This document shows positions 36,670-55,258 of a stretch of 64,000 nt of DNA, piece by piece. This stretch comes from the human T2T-CHM13v2.0 reference genome, Homo sapiens. The position numbers and the translations under genes were made by a program. Numbering within the stretch: position 1 is the stretch's first letter; each line of letters opens with the position of its first letter. The stretch lies in assembly GCF_009914755.1 (NCBI RefSeq), contig NC_060943.1, one strand, 5' to 3'. The notes under the pieces were generated by a model that was given only the letters and a program-made list of their open reading frames with translations, did not search any database and was not told where the DNA came from.

Positions 36670-36797
36670 GAAGCGGGAGCGCGCGGGGGAGCGGCGGGCG
36701 CGGCGGGGCGGAGCGGCTCGAGCAGCGGCGGGCTGGCAGGCGGTCGTCCGGCCGGGGACCCGGCCCGGGACCGGCGGCGCGCGGCGGCCGAGGCCAG
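36670..36797 (+). other. MYO9B: MYO9B non-coding exon 1 (5' end approximate)
   Basis: GC-rich segment ending at a perfect CAG|gtgagt donor (36797/36798). Confidence 0.8.
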
Positions 36798-39246
36798 GTG
36801 AGTACCAGGCAGCCTCGGGTTGGCGACTCGAGCTCGAAGCCTGCCTTTGGGGGCTGCGCAGAAGAGGGACGGAGCTGAGGGCTGATGGGGGACGCGACGG
36901 CAGGGGTCGAGGGGGCGGGAACGAGCCTGGGGGTCTTGGAGAGATTGCTGGGGATGAGGTGGAAGCGAGACGGTGAAGGAGAAAGTGGATGGGGATGGAG
37001 CTGGTGAGGGAGTTCGAGGGCGTGGGGGGGGGTGAGTCTTGTGGCTTTGAGCAGCTTCTCTGAAGAGGACGTGGCTTAAGTGGTAATTGGGGGGTCGCAG
37101 GAAACGGCGTTGTGGGGAGGCACGGAGGCGGGAACGAGAGGCCCAGGCTGGGGGAGTGGGCAAGGCCAGGGGCGGGACAGCCGGGGTGCGGTTGAGGGGA
37201 AGGGGTGCGAGACCGATCTGGGGACGTCTGCCCGCGCGATTGAAGGAAGGGTGTCTGAGAAGAGGGCGGCGCCTGGCCCCCAGTGGGCGCTCAGTAAATG
37301 CGGGGGGTTCTGAACTAACTGATGCGGCAGCCGGCTATTGGGAAGCGGGGAAATGGGAGCTGGAAGGGAAGTAAACGGAGTAGAAGTCACGGTAAGAACT
37401 GAGGGTAGGCTTAGGGAGGGAGGGCCCGGAGAGGAGGGAAGAGAAGGAAGGGGTTAGAGTGGCCCCGTGCAGATAGATGTTGAGATGCAGCCCCTGGAGA
37501 TTCCGTCCCCCCACCCTCCCCTCTTGATTCGTGTCCCTCCTGACTTCACACTTAACAGCTGGGTGACCTGGGACGAGTCCCAACACCCTCTGTGCCAGTG
37601 TCCTCGTCTTGGAAACTTCACCACCCTCCCCTTAAGACAGGACTAGCAGGATTCTGGGATTCCCTGGATCCAAGGAAGGGACCTCAGGGCCGGTTGTGGG
37701 GCCGGAACTGTGTTTCAGGAGGGAGTGTGCATGCACCCTCATGTACAGGACTGTCGCCACCTCCGCAGAGCTGCATCCTTGGACTTAAATGGGTAAAACG
37801 ACATACAGGAAATCTGTCCCCCGGTTGCTCTGAGCTCAGCCCTGGAGAGGCACGACAGCCACGAGCCCTCCTTTCTTTCCTGGGCACCCTGGAGGCCAGG
37901 GGTCTTTAAGGGATGGCTTCTCTGCCTCTTTGTCTGAGGTGGGAGCCCGTGGGGACACTTTCCAGCCAGAGAGTCCCAACTCGGTTTGTTTTTTGATGTT
38001 GGAGTCTTCAGAATCTTAAGGTGTCCAGGAGCAGCCGGAGGTGACCTGGGCTACAGGAAAGTTATTCACATCTGACAGGCCTGGCTCTTGTGGCCCTGGC
38101 AGGGACTTTGTGCAGGGTGCTTTTGATTGGCATTCATTTCTCCCCTTTCCCAACTGTAGGGATCTTTATCTGGGATCTGCCAGAAGGGCTGGGGAACCCC
38201 AGCTTATGTTTAGTTTATAGCTCATTCAGGAGATGAACCCGGATAGCTGGAATATAAAGAGGGCCACAGAAAGATAAGCACCCCCTTCACTTCCAGAATA
38301 TCCTGGCCTTTAGGAAAGGTGGCTTTGGCCTGGCTTGCCCCAGGACATGCAGTGACAGCCCACAGTCATGCCTCCTGCAAACATTGAACTGTAGGCTTGC
38401 ACTGGCCTACAGAACAGGACCGGGATCTTCTGATCCCACAGCCCTGCAATCGCCTCTTCCCTGCCGCTAGAGAATGGCCAAGCAGGGTCTTGTGGGGGGA
38501 GCACTGTGTTGGAGATCCTGGCTTTGGTCAAGTCTCTGTGCCTGTTTCTGACCTCTCACCTGCAAAATGAATGAATTGACCTCCATCAGCGTTTTTCAAC
38601 CTTGAAACCCAACTCTTCTCATCACCGTCTTGTCTCCAGTCCATGTCCCCCAGCTCCCGGCCTTGAACTCCTCACAGCACCCCCACTCTCCATTCCTGGC
38701 TGCGATGATCCTACTTTTATTCCGTTTTCCATTCGACAGTTTGTATCCAAAAATGATTTTTTTTCAACCGCTTCTTCATCGTCCAAATAGAAAATTGCGG
38801 TGTTGAAGGTGCTTTTGCACATTGCACCTATTCCCAAAGCTTTGGAAACTGCAAATTTCTGGAAATCCCGAGGCAGTACCGTCCCTCGGGTCCAGTCTGG
38901 TGACTCAGTGGAGCAGGTAGAGACGTGGGAATCTCCCCTTTCTGTTTGGCTGTAGGATTCGTTATTCTCTCCCCACATGGACTTGTTAACTTGCTGCTTC
39001 CCATTCCTCATCTCTTCCAAATGGTGTGTCTTGGGTGGGCCTAGATTTCAGTTAGGCAAGGGTTGATTGTGCCAGACACTTGGTAGATTCCTGGGGACAG
39101 AGGTGAATCCTTATGACCCAGAGGACGGACACGCTAATGCCCGCCCCCGACAACTTTGCACTTCCTCTTCAGAAAGAATGGAGTTCAAGCTGGGCCGCGG
39201 TGGCTCAGGCCTGTAATCCCTTTGGGAGGCCAAGGTGGGTGGATCA

Positions 39247-39475
<229 letters not shown>

Positions 39476-39884
39476 TTAAAAAAAAGAATGGAATTCAGAT
39501 CAGGTCATCAGTACGGTGACAGAGGGGCCACAAGATATTATGGGGGGAGAATTAGGGACAACCAATGCAAGCTTTAGGACAAGGGGGATTCCAGCAAGTT
39601 TCCTCGGAAGTAGTGGCTGGCCCCAGGTCAAACCTGGAAAGATACCACGTGTTAAACCACTCCGGGTGGAAGGGATTGCACAAGCAGATACCTTTGAAGC
39701 CCGGCCTGTACAGGGCATCCCAGCTCTCTCATTCTGCCAACCGGCAGTGCGAGGGTCCTTGTTCTTATCTTCCTGATACAGAAACAGGCCCAGGCAGGTG
39801 ATGACTTCAGAGATGGTTCCTTGAGCTTTCTAGAAACATGCAGGATCCTTAGTAACCTTTAACTGGGGAAACCCAAATCTCCAG

Positions 39885-40070
39885 GGCCGTTTCTCACCCG
39901 CATCACCATTGACAGTTGGGGCTGTGCACTGTAGAATGTGGAATAGTGTCCCTGGCTGTCACCCATGAGATGCCAGTAGTATTCCATCCCCTCCAAGGGG
40001 TAACAACTGAAAATGACTCCAGCCATGGCCACGTGTCCCCTGGGGGCAGAATCACCTCCCCCGCCAGGTG
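39885..40070 (+). mobile_element. MER20
   Basis: ttctcacccgcatcaccattgacagttggggc...agatgccagtag...gtgtcccctgggggcagaatcacc. Confidence 0.75.
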
Positions 40071-41169
40071 AAATGTGATGCTCATTAGTAAAACCTGGTT
40101 CCCCTCTAGGGCCCATCATTGCCTTGGTGGGTCCTTGGTGTTTGTGGAGCCCCTGAGGAACTGCCACTAAGAGTGGGAACAGGGGCAGAGACCAGGAACT
40201 GAATCCTGCCATCCAGTCAGTTCTTAATCAGGAGGGAGCGGGTCTTGATAAAAAGGAGGAACCGTTAGGAACGGACTGTGGGAGGGTAGGCAACGTGCCC
40301 GAGGGTGGACAGCGGGTGCCCTTGTCTTTTCTTTGTCTTGTGACTGACCTGGATTTCTGGAGGAACTGTCCTCGTCTTAGAATGATCTGTTGCTTTTCTT
40401 CTGAGATTAGAGGTATTAGATTCTCTCCCAAGAGCTACTTTGGAGGTTGCCCCGGATAAACGTCGCTTTTGTAAGCTGCATTATCTCTTCCATGGGCCCT
40501 TTCGCCCGCCCGTTCCCAAGCACATACTGCTGAATTTTTGTTCTTGGTCCATCTTGCTGTCCCCTTCCCTGCTTGGCCCCCTCCTTGACCGTGACTTTGC
40601 TGCTTTACCTTGATTGGAGGAGACGCTCTGGGGCCACGGGACTGACGGTCCCTTCTGGGTGCTGCCCCCACACCCCACCCACCAGCCCTTTGTGTGCCCG
40701 GCATCCCCAGCCCAGCTGTGCCAGGCTGCCCCTGCTCGGCCGGCCATTCAGACGGCCCCAGGCGGCCTCTCGGCAAAGCAAGACAAGCCCTTCTCTTCTG
40801 CCCTCGTGGTCCCTGGAGTGGCAGAACAAAGGGCTCTGTCTCCACACCAGCCCACCGCCGCAGCCCAGAGCCCCGTTCCCTTTCAGTTTCTATCGTGGCT
40901 GGGAAAGAGCCTCAGAGATTAGGCATGTTTCAGAAATGCAGCTGACGAGTTTGGGTTCTACTCATTTCCTCAGCGAGACTTTCTGAGCCCGAGCCCGATG
41001 ATAAATAAAGTAGTGATTCAAGGGTTCAGCCCATGGGTTCGTCGGAGTGATGAATAAGATATCCTTGTCTGACTCACTTGTTTAAAACCCATCTCTGCCC
41101 TGCTGCACAGGGCTGTATGTGCAAGAGAAGGAGCCCCGCTAGGGGTGTTTCATGACTGTTGTTGCTGGG

Positions 41170-41910
41170 TGCCTGAGTTTGCTAGGGCTGCTGTAACAGA
41201 ACCGCACGCTGGGTGGCCAGAACGACAGAAGTATATTGGCTTGCAGTTCTAGAGGCCAGACGTTTAAGATCACATTCAAGATCAAGGTGTTGGCAGGGTT
41301 CGTGCCTTCGGAGGGCTGTGAGAATCTGTTCCACGCCTCTCTCTGTTGGCTCATACATAGCCGTCTTCCCCTGGGTCTTCACATCGTCCTCCCTCTGTGC
41401 CTGTCTCTGTGTCCAAATTTCCTCTTATGAGGACAGCAGTCATATGGAAGGGGGCCCACCCTAATGACATCATTTTAACTGAATCATCCCCATAAAGACC
41501 CTGTCTCTAGGCGAGGCTTGGTGGCACACGCCTGTAATCTCAGCCCTTTGGGAGGCTGAGGCAGGAGGATCACTTGAGGCCAGGAGTTTAAGACCAGCCT
41601 GGACAACATAGCAAGATCCCATCTCTACAAAAAAATACTAAAATTAGCTAGACATGATGGTGAATGCCTGTGGTCCCAGCACTTTAAGAAGCTGAGACAG
41701 ACAGATCGCTTGAGCCTGGGAGTTTGAGGCTACAGTGAGCTATGATCATGGCACTGCATTCCAGCCTGGGTGACAGAACGACACCCCCATCTCTTAAAAA
41801 AAAAAAAAATCCCAAATATACTCATACTCTGAAGTTCTGAGGTTTAGGATTTCAATATGTGAATATTTCTTTGTGGAGGGGAGTGGTGGACACAGCTCAG
41901 CCCATAATAC
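41170..41910 (-). mobile_element. MLT1 LTR interrupted by an AluJ
   Basis: agtttgctagggctgctgtaacag...atcaaggtgttggcagggtt...ctcagcccataa. Confidence 0.7.
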
Positions 41911-41913
41911 TGA

Positions 41914-42222
<309 letters not shown>

Positions 42223-42513
42223 TAACAGATGTGAGCCACCGTGCCCGGCCTCAACTTACATTTTTAGATAATATAGGAACCTGGAGGGAAATGATCGTGT
42301 CAATAGAGAATAGGTCCATTTTGTCTCTTCTCACTCCTTTAAATAAACACTTTAAGGGTGAGCAGGTTGGTTGGCCACATCAATTTTGGACGCTCCCTGT
42401 TTTCCAGATCTCACACTCATACATTCAGGGGTGACTAAAGAGAGGTGAGAGGCCTGGTGCAGTGGCTTACGCCTGTAATCCCAGCACTTTGGGAGGCCGA
42501 GGTGGGAGGATCA

Positions 42514-42732
<219 letters not shown>

Positions 42733-44274
42733 TCAAAAAAAAAAAAAAAAAAAAAAGAGGCGAGGACCCAGCCCAGGGCGGAGTGGGTCCCATGGGATTT
42801 TACAGGGGATGTGTTGAGGGCCAGGTCCACAAGGCTGCGTGTGCCTGGTGGGGAAGCAGGATGAAGTTTACAAACAGGGCATGGGGCGGGGGTATATCTC
42901 TGTTCTCAGTATTGCCAGGGTCAGGGGCAAGGAATATCCAAAAGTAACTACACTCTTGGACCCAAGTGACCTTAGGACCAACTGCTGTCACAAGTGATTG
43001 AACAAAAGAAGTTTCTGGAAGGTCTTAAAATCCTTCAGCAAAAAGGAAGTATTGGCTGGGAGCCAGGCTCAGAGCTGGCCCTTGGGGAGACTGAGGAGAA
43101 CAGAAATAGCCCTCGCCTCTGTTCAGATGTTCAGCCAGGAGTCACGAGCATGGAAGTCAAATTAACAGCCCAGTGGGGTCTGTGAAGGTGCCGGCAGCAG
43201 GCGAGCCTGTGACGGGAGCCTGCCTGGCCTGGGGACTCGCTTATGGGGGAAGTGGGAGACCTGAGAGCTTCCCCAGTCAGCCGTGCCCTGGGTCTTCTGC
43301 CTGCGAGGTGGGCACCGCTGCTTCCTCACGAGTGAAGTCACAGCAGCACAGCAGCAGTGGGAGGCTCAAGGCTTTGCTGTGGATCTTCCTGGGCTCACTG
43401 CTCAGAGCATCTCCACGAGGAGGCGTCTGCCACCTCCTGCATCCCATTCCAGGGCAGACGAGATCGGGGGCAGGAGGGTGACATTTGAGATTTTGATTCC
43501 CAGGGTATGGGTACTCACGTGGGGCTTTAATTTCCTGGTGAATGTGCCATGGGGGGCAAGGGGTAGCTTGCCCACTGCTTGGGAAGACCCCTGGGGTCCT
43601 TGTCTTGTCACGTGGAGATGCTGTTTATTGGGTAGGCACAAGAACAAGAGAGGCGGAGAAAGTGTGATCGTACTTATTTGGCCCATAGGTGCCGTGGAAA
43701 CTGGTTCCTTTCCCCTGGGTGGTCCCTCGGGAGTCAGGCCCATGATTTAGCAGGGAAGGGAGAAGGTAAGGGTTGGGGTGTCCTGGAGTGCAGAAAGTGG
43801 CCTGAACCGGGGCAGGTACGTCCTCAAGGCTGGCTCCCTCTTGCACTCCGCACTCTCAATATCCTGCAGCCAAGTGAGCGTGGGGTTGGAACCATGCTAA
43901 CATGTCAAGTGCCCGTGGGTCCTCGAGGAGGCTGAAAGTGTGTGAATCTTGCTTTTTTTTTTTTTTTTTTTTTTTGAGACAGGGTCTCACTCTGTCACCT
44001 AGGATAAAGTGCAGAGGCATGATCTTGGCTCACTGCAGGCTTGACAACCTCCCTGGGCTCAAGTGATCGTCCTACCTCATTCTCCCTAGTAGCTTGGGAC
44101 TACAGGCTGTCACCACCACGCCAGGCTAATTTTTGTATTGTTTATAGAGACAGGGTTTCACCATGTTGCCTGGTCTTGAACTCCTGGGCTCAAGTGATCA
44201 CCCGCCTCAGCCTCCCAAAGTGCTGGGATTACAGGCGTGAGCCACCACGCCCAGCCACTTTTCTGATTGATTTA

Positions 44275-44495
44275 AAGCATATCTTCTCAGCTGCAGCATT
44301 GGTGACATTGGGGGCAGATCATTCTCTTGGGTAGCAGCTGCCGTCTGCACTGTAGGGTGTTGAACAGCATCCCCGGCCTCCACCCTTCAGATGCCAGTAG
44401 CACCCCCTGCTCTGTGTCTGGATAACCAGAAATGTCTCCAGACATGGCCAAGTGTCTCCTGGAGGGCAGAGTCAGCTCTGGGTGAGAAACACTAG
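44275..44495 (+). mobile_element. MER20
   Basis: cagcatccccggcctccacccttcagatgccagtagcacccc...aaatgtctccagacatggccaagtgtctcctgg. Confidence 0.8.
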
Positions 44496-44981
44496 TTCCG
44501 GGTTCTGTTGACTCCTAAGTGACTTTGCGTCTGTCATCATCTGACTGACCGAAGTCCTAGGATGCTGCCCTCTTTTTTTTTTTTTTTTTTGAGACTGAGT
44601 TTCGTTCTTGTTGCCCAGGCTGGAGTGCAATGGCACGGCCTCGGCTCACTGCAACCTCCACCTCCCAGCTTCAAGTTACCGATTCTCCTGCCTCAGCCTC
44701 CCAAGTAGGTGGGGTTACAGGCACCCGCTACCACGCCCAGCTAATTTTTATATTTTTAGTAGAGATGGAATTTCACCATGTTGGCCAGGCTGGTCTTGAA
44801 TTCGTGACCTCAGGTGATCCACCCACCTCAGCCTCCCAAGGTGCTGGGATTGCAGATGTGAGCCACCATGCCCAGCCCGCACATTTAAATACACAAAGTG
44901 AATGGGGAAGGAGAGAGGAGAGAAATCAGAGAGGCTAGGTGGATTCTCCTGGTTAATAACCCTTTGGGGGCCAAGTGATTA

Positions 44982-45310
<329 letters not shown>

Positions 45311-45334
45311 TCAATTTTTTTCCAAATAATTAAT

Positions 45335-45950
<616 letters not shown>

Positions 45951-46412
45951 TCAAGCCCGTGACTGGCCTGAGGTGACTTCTTTCTCCCCTGCCTTTGTGG
46001 TGTGATCACCAGGGTCCCTGGCACAGGGATGAGCTTCAAGGGGAGCTGGGGAGTGGCTGTTTCACCGAAGACACTGGTGGCAGCAAATCCTGAGACCATT
46101 GTCCCCCACCATCCAGTTCCGCTCTCAGGTGATCAGAAAATGGAACGAGCTCCCTGTGTCCTTTGTAGAAACCAGGCAGAGGGTGGGTTTCATGGCCAGG
46201 AGGAGGAGCATCTGTCTGAAGGCCGCAAGGGCTGGGTCACAGATGGGCAGCATTGGGAGATCCTGGCAGGCAGAGAGCACTCCACGTGGAAACTAGAAGC
46301 ATGGGGCAGATGGGGGGCCAGGTAGCGAGCCACCTAGGCAGCTCAGCAGATGTGGAGAATGGGAATAAACTTGGGGGGTCTTTGGGGGAATCAGTGGGAT
46401 AGGTGATAGCTA

Positions 46413-46595
<183 letters not shown>

Positions 46596-47354
46596 TTACC
46601 GAATGTGGACTTGCACCTGTAGTCCCAGCTACTCCAGAAGCTGAGGTGGGAGGATTACTTGAACCCAGGAGTTCGAGACCGGCCTGGGCAACATAGGGAG
46701 ACCCCTGTTCTTACCCTGGGGATGGCTTTCCTCCGGGCGTGACGACAGATGAGCTGTGTGATTGCACAGCAGGATACAAGGGTTTTTCCTCTGCCCTTCC
46801 AGACCCGCGTCCCTGGCTGCCCTCCCTATCTTCGTTACAAGCCCACAGGTCACCCGAGAAGGACCTGCAGCCCAGCCACCACCCAGTGGCTCTGCCTTCT
46901 ACCTGTGACCAGAACCCACCTGTGTCTCATGGGCCTGACCCAGGCCACTGTCAGCTCCCGCCAAGGCACCCACAGGACGTGCTTCCACCAAGGCCCCCCA
47001 GAGTCCATCTGCCACAGATGGTGACATTTTCTTAATGTCCCTCTGGTCCTGGTGCCCCTGCATCAAACCACACGGGGCTCCCCTGTCGGACTTGCATGAA
47101 AATCTAACCACATTTGCAGGGCCCTGGAAGATCTGACCTTCCCCATCTCAGCTTCTCTCTCCCGGCCTCCAGCCTTGGACCCACCGGCCACACTGGGCTC
47201 CTTGTTCTCAGACCCACTCTGGCCCCGCCTGCCCATTCCCCGCCCTCGCCTGGGCTGCTGTCCTCAAGCTCTGGGCACGTCCAGCTCGTTTGCACTGTAC
47301 AGGCCTCAGCAACCATTTGCCCTGAGCGCCGCCCCACAGGTTCCTATCCCCAGC

Positions 47355-47868
47355 TTCCCCACCTTGGCCCGGCTCGTATTGGGGCCAATTATTTTTTGCT
47401 GTGGGGGCCGTGCTGTGCACTGTGGGACACTGAGTGGCATTCCTGGCCTCCACCTACCATTTGCAGTATCCCCTCGCCACAAGTGGTAACTTCCAAAATG
47501 TCTCCATGGCCAGGTGCAATGGCTCACGCCTGTAATTCTAACACTTTGGGAAGCTGAGGCGGGCAGATCGCTTGAGGCCAGGAGTTCAAGACCAGCCTGG
47601 CCAACATGGAGAAACCCTGTCTCTACTAAAAATACAAAAATTAGCTGGGTGTGGTGGCACACGCCTGTTGTCCCAGCTACTCGGGAGGCTGAGGCACGAG
47701 AATCACTTGAACCTGGGAGGCAGAGGTAACAGCGAGCTGAGATAGCGCTACTGCACTTCAGCCTGGAAAACAGAGCAAGACTTCGTCTCAAAAAAAAAAA
47801 AAAGTCTCCAGACATTGCCAGATGTCTGTCCCAGCAGGGACAGACTCACTGCTGGCTGAGAACTGCAG
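47355..47868 (+). mobile_element. MER20 split by an Alu (TSD-like gtctcca)
   Basis: gtgcactgtgggacactgagtggcattcctggcctccacc...gtctccagacattgccagatgtc. Confidence 0.7.
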
Positions 47869-48479
47869 TGTTAGCACAGTTATGCTGGATTTTTCCTCCC
47901 CAAAGCACTTATCACTGTTGCTAATACCTCCTTGCTTTGTGGTGAGTGTGTTATCCGTCTCCTTCACCTCCCCATTCTCTCTCCTGTGCCCAGCATCAGC
48001 CTGGCCCGGGGTGAGCACTGAAGGAACATTTGTTAACCATATGTTGAAAGAAGGCAGCCTCCTCTGAAACATCAGCACAGATCACAGGGAGGGAGACCCC
48101 AGGGCCTGGAGGGGTGGGCGTATAGCACAGGTCGGAGAGCACTTGGGCCACGGGGAGGCGGGTGGCCAGAATGCGCTGAAAGAACACATACCTGGGAAGG
48201 GACTTTCTCCAGGGCGTGGGGTTTAGAACAGTCAGGCCAGATGGAAGGTCTGGGGGAATGTCTTGGGGAAGACAAGGGACAAACTGAACACGTTCAGAAG
48301 AACACATTCAACTCCCCATGGGTGAGCGTGGAATTGGCAGAAGTCACGAGAGAGCATTTGGGATGAGCTTCTTGGGAATATTCGGCTAAGGCAGAAAAAA
48401 GGCTGGAGCAACCGAAGGGCTCACCCAGCTACCTTCTGGCCTGAGTGTTCCACTCAAGGTGTTCTGCACTGGGCAACTG

Positions 48480-49330
<851 letters not shown>

Positions 49331-49611
49331 AATGAACTCCCCACTGGAAATGCCTCTCTTTGTAATTTTGCCCTGCGGACGCTGTTTCTTGGCCCTGCTG
49401 GCTCCCCCAGCTGCTCCCCGAGGAGTTTCCCATCCCTGCTCTGTCCCACCCCTAGGACCTGGCCCCTTAGCAGGGCCTGGGCCACCAATGATGCCCACCA
49501 ATTCCTGTGATGTCCTGTACCAGACCGTGGTATGAGCCCATTGACCTCTGCAGTGGATTCTTGGAAGCAGCCCCACTTACTTTGTTTATTTACTTATTTG
49601 TGTGTGTGTGA

Positions 49612-49725
<114 letters not shown>

Positions 49726-50689
49726 TGAGTACCTGGGACCACAGGTGCATGCCACTATGCCCGGCTCATTTTTTATTTTTTGTAGAATTGGGGGGTCTTT
49801 CTTTGTTGCCCAGGCTGGTCTCAAACTCCTAGGCTCAAGTAGCCTCCCAAAGTGCTAGGATTACAGGAATAAGCCACCACGCCTGGCCATATCCCCACTT
49901 TCTGAAATGCCCCAAAAGAGCTTAGTTCCTCCCTCCTGTCACCTGCAGTGGGCCATCTCTTGGAGTTTTCTTAACAATTTCTTCTCTTGAGTGTCCTCTT
50001 CCTCCCGACTGGCACGTGAGCGTGGCCATCTTATGGTTAGGTTGCAGGTGTAGAAAAATGAGGACAAAGGTCTCTAAGTCGTCCTCCCACTCTGAGCCAC
50101 CCTGACCAATAGGCTGACTTTGTGGTCATTCCTTCGTGTGTGTGTGTCCATCTTTCCCATACTGCCCATGAGCGTTTCTTCTAAAAAAAAAAAAAATCCT
50201 CAACAGGATCAGGGAAATGTACACAAAATGTGAAATGCACTGAATGCTGCACGATGCATCCTAAATGAGTCTGCTGTAATGCTAGTTAGCCTTCCCTTAG
50301 CTTGAGAATGATTTCATCCTATAAACATGTGGCTTCAAATTATGGCCTTATATAAACGAAACGGCTACGCCACACTTTCTGGAGGCCCCGTCCGGAGGCC
50401 TTTATTCTCCAGTAAATTCCGAATCCTCCGCCAAACTGGTAGGCAGAACCCTACTTTCTGTGCAGCCGGCCTTGAGAGCGGCTAATTCACATCCGGCCAC
50501 TGACCCCCACCCCCAGGGCCTGTTTTTTTTCGTTGTCATGCCTTTCCTTGCACCTCCTTTCTATGAGAACACAAGGAAAAGGCCCTGAATTGAGATTGGC
50601 ATTTTTTCAGAGTGCAGAAAGCATATACTGGCCTGGTTTTACATAGCCATTTCTTTTTGCACCGCTCCGTTTTTTTAAAAGGAGTGATC

Positions 50690-51460
<771 letters not shown>

Positions 51461-52043
51461 ATTTCTTCGAGGATCTTTATAGTCTGACAGTTTGATTTTC
51501 ATTTGGTGACAAGGGGATTGTTCTTACACAAGGCCTTGGTCGTACTGATGCTGTCAGCTGGAGGATGTATTTTGCTTCCTGTTCACATTGTCTGTGCGTG
51601 GGATGGTCATGAGTCAGGTGGTAGAGCGGGTGTGTTAGCCTTGGGGTATTTTGGTGAGACAATTCGGTTTAAGGAAGGAAACACGTTTTCAGGACCCGTA
51701 CCCCAAAACACAACCATAACCCGAGGTCGCCACTTGGCTGAGCTGTCCCCCACAGGGACTTCAGGTCCCTGGTTCCTCCATCCCCAATCTGCTTCCTTCC
51801 ATTCCCGCCAGAACCAGGGTATTTTCCAAGGGCAGGTTTCACATCCACTTGGGGCAGGGATCTTAAGCCACAGTAAGACTAATTTCCAGGTCCCAGGTCT
51901 CCTGGGAAACCCCAAAAGACTGAGCCCTGCCGAGTGAGAACATTCTCTGAAGCTCTGATAATCAAAACAGCGTGGCACCTCACAAGCCTCAGCAGCCCAG
52001 AGGCGGACCACATGTATAAAATAACGCCATGTGTAGTATTTAA

Positions 52044-52507
<464 letters not shown>

Positions 52508-53257
52508 TCAGCCCAGAGCTGTGGGTGAAAGGACAGGCCCATGGTCCCACCTGTGGGAGCAGGAGAGGACCAGGCCGATGAGCCTTGCAGGGGGCACGCC
52601 AGCTTGTGGTCCCAGCTAGTTTCTGCTCCCACCACCCCCATCCCACTCCCAGGGAGGGATGTCCCTTCTAGGGCTACCCCCTTCCCTGCAGCCCTGGCTG
52701 CTCAGCAGCCGCCTTGAGCAAGCCCTTATCCACTTCCTCCTGGCCTGGGGGCGGGGCACGCATCTGCCAGTCCTGTGACCGTCCCCTTCAGCCCCATCTC
52801 TGAGAGTGGGGTTTCCTGAGAGTCTGCCCTTCTGCCCCGCACACCTGGGGCCCAGAGCTGCAGAAGCCCCCACAGGCTTTGTTCCCAGCAGGGCTCAGAG
52901 GGCTCCTGGTGCTCCATCAGCAGTCCCTGGAGGACACGGAGCAGTCTCAAGTGCAGCCGTCCATGTGGCCTTCAGCCCTTGTGATTCCATGAGCTAGCAT
53001 CAGCCGTCCCCTCAGTGGGTGGCAGAGGCTGCCGGGAGCAGAAGAAAGAGCCCATCCTTGGGTTCTCCTGGCTTCTCGCTCAGAGCTGCTCTCTGCTGTG
53101 AAGGAGGAAGTAGGCATATCCCAGTGAGTTTTGCGTCGCCTACATCCAGGCAGCTCAGCCATAAGTCAGCCCAAAGCCCGCCAGCTGGGAGCTGCACTGA
53201 GCCCCTGGTCACAAAAGTGAACGTCACAGGACGGGCCAACTCTGCCCAGGCCTCGCT

Positions 53258-53955
<698 letters not shown>

Positions 53956-54769
53956 TCTTGGCCAGGCACTGTGGCTCACACCTGTAATCCTGGCACTTTG
54001 GGAGGCTGAGGTGGGCGGATCACCTGAGGTCAGGAGTTGGAGACCAGCCTGACCAACATGGTGAAACCCTGTCTCAACCAAAAATACAAAAAATTAGCTG
54101 GGCGTGGTGGTGCACGCCTGTAATCCCAACTACTTGGGAGGCTGAGGCAGGAAAATGGCTTGAACCTGGAGGCAGAGGTGCAGTGAGCCAAGATCGTGCC
54201 ACTGCACTCCAGCCTGGGCAACAAGAGTGAAACTCCCATTTCAAAAAAAAAAAAAGAAAAAGACATATATCTTCGGTTTGGGCTCCTGTATTCCTTACCT
54301 GGATTAGAAGTGCGTAAACCTCTGTCCATCTTCCTTGGCCCTGTGGAGCTGCCTGGGAACATTCCATGATTAACTCTCGTGGCGTCCTGGGACGACCAGG
54401 TGAGCGATACCATGTGGCACCTGGGAACCTGACGTACCTTTAGATTTCCGACCATCTCCCTGCTGTGGTGTCTGAGGAACTGTGCCTGGGCTCAAGGGCT
54501 GAACTTTTGAATACAGAGTAAGAAGTTTTAGAAAGATAAACTCCTGGGGAAATGGGATCTTTTAAATCCATGTAATTTTTAAAGCAGTTTTTTTGCGGGG
54601 GGTGGGGGGGGGGTGGTTTGAGATAGGTTCTTGCCCTGTGGCCCAGGCTGCGGTGCAGTAGTGCAGTCACTGCTCACTGCAGCCTCCACCCGCTGGGCTC
54701 AAGTAGTCCTGCCACCTCAGCCTCCCAAGTAGCTGGGACTAAAGGTGTGTGCCACTATGCCCAGCTAAT

Positions 54770-54812
<43 letters not shown>

Positions 54813-54902
54813 CTTTGTAGAGTTACCTAGTTGTGTGGCCCAGGCTGGTGTCAAATTCCTTGGCTCAAGCAATCTGCCCTCCTCAGCCTCCCAAAGTGCT
54901 AG

Positions 54903-55258
<356 letters not shown>

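Larger units (their letters stand above)
35950..37350. promoter_or_regulatory. CpG island and bidirectional HAUS8/MYO9B promoter
   Basis: High CpG/GC content, no TATA box seen. GC box at about 36593-36602, tandem ETS ccggaacccggaag at 36660-36673, NRF1-like gcatgcgca near 36152, YY1-type ccgccatttt at 36339-36348. Confidence 0.92.

Noticed and set aside
36072-37163. 363-aa minus-strand ORF and other long ORFs over the CpG island
   Set aside because: Stop-codon depletion in GC-rich DNA; low-complexity P/R/A/G content with no recognisable domain.
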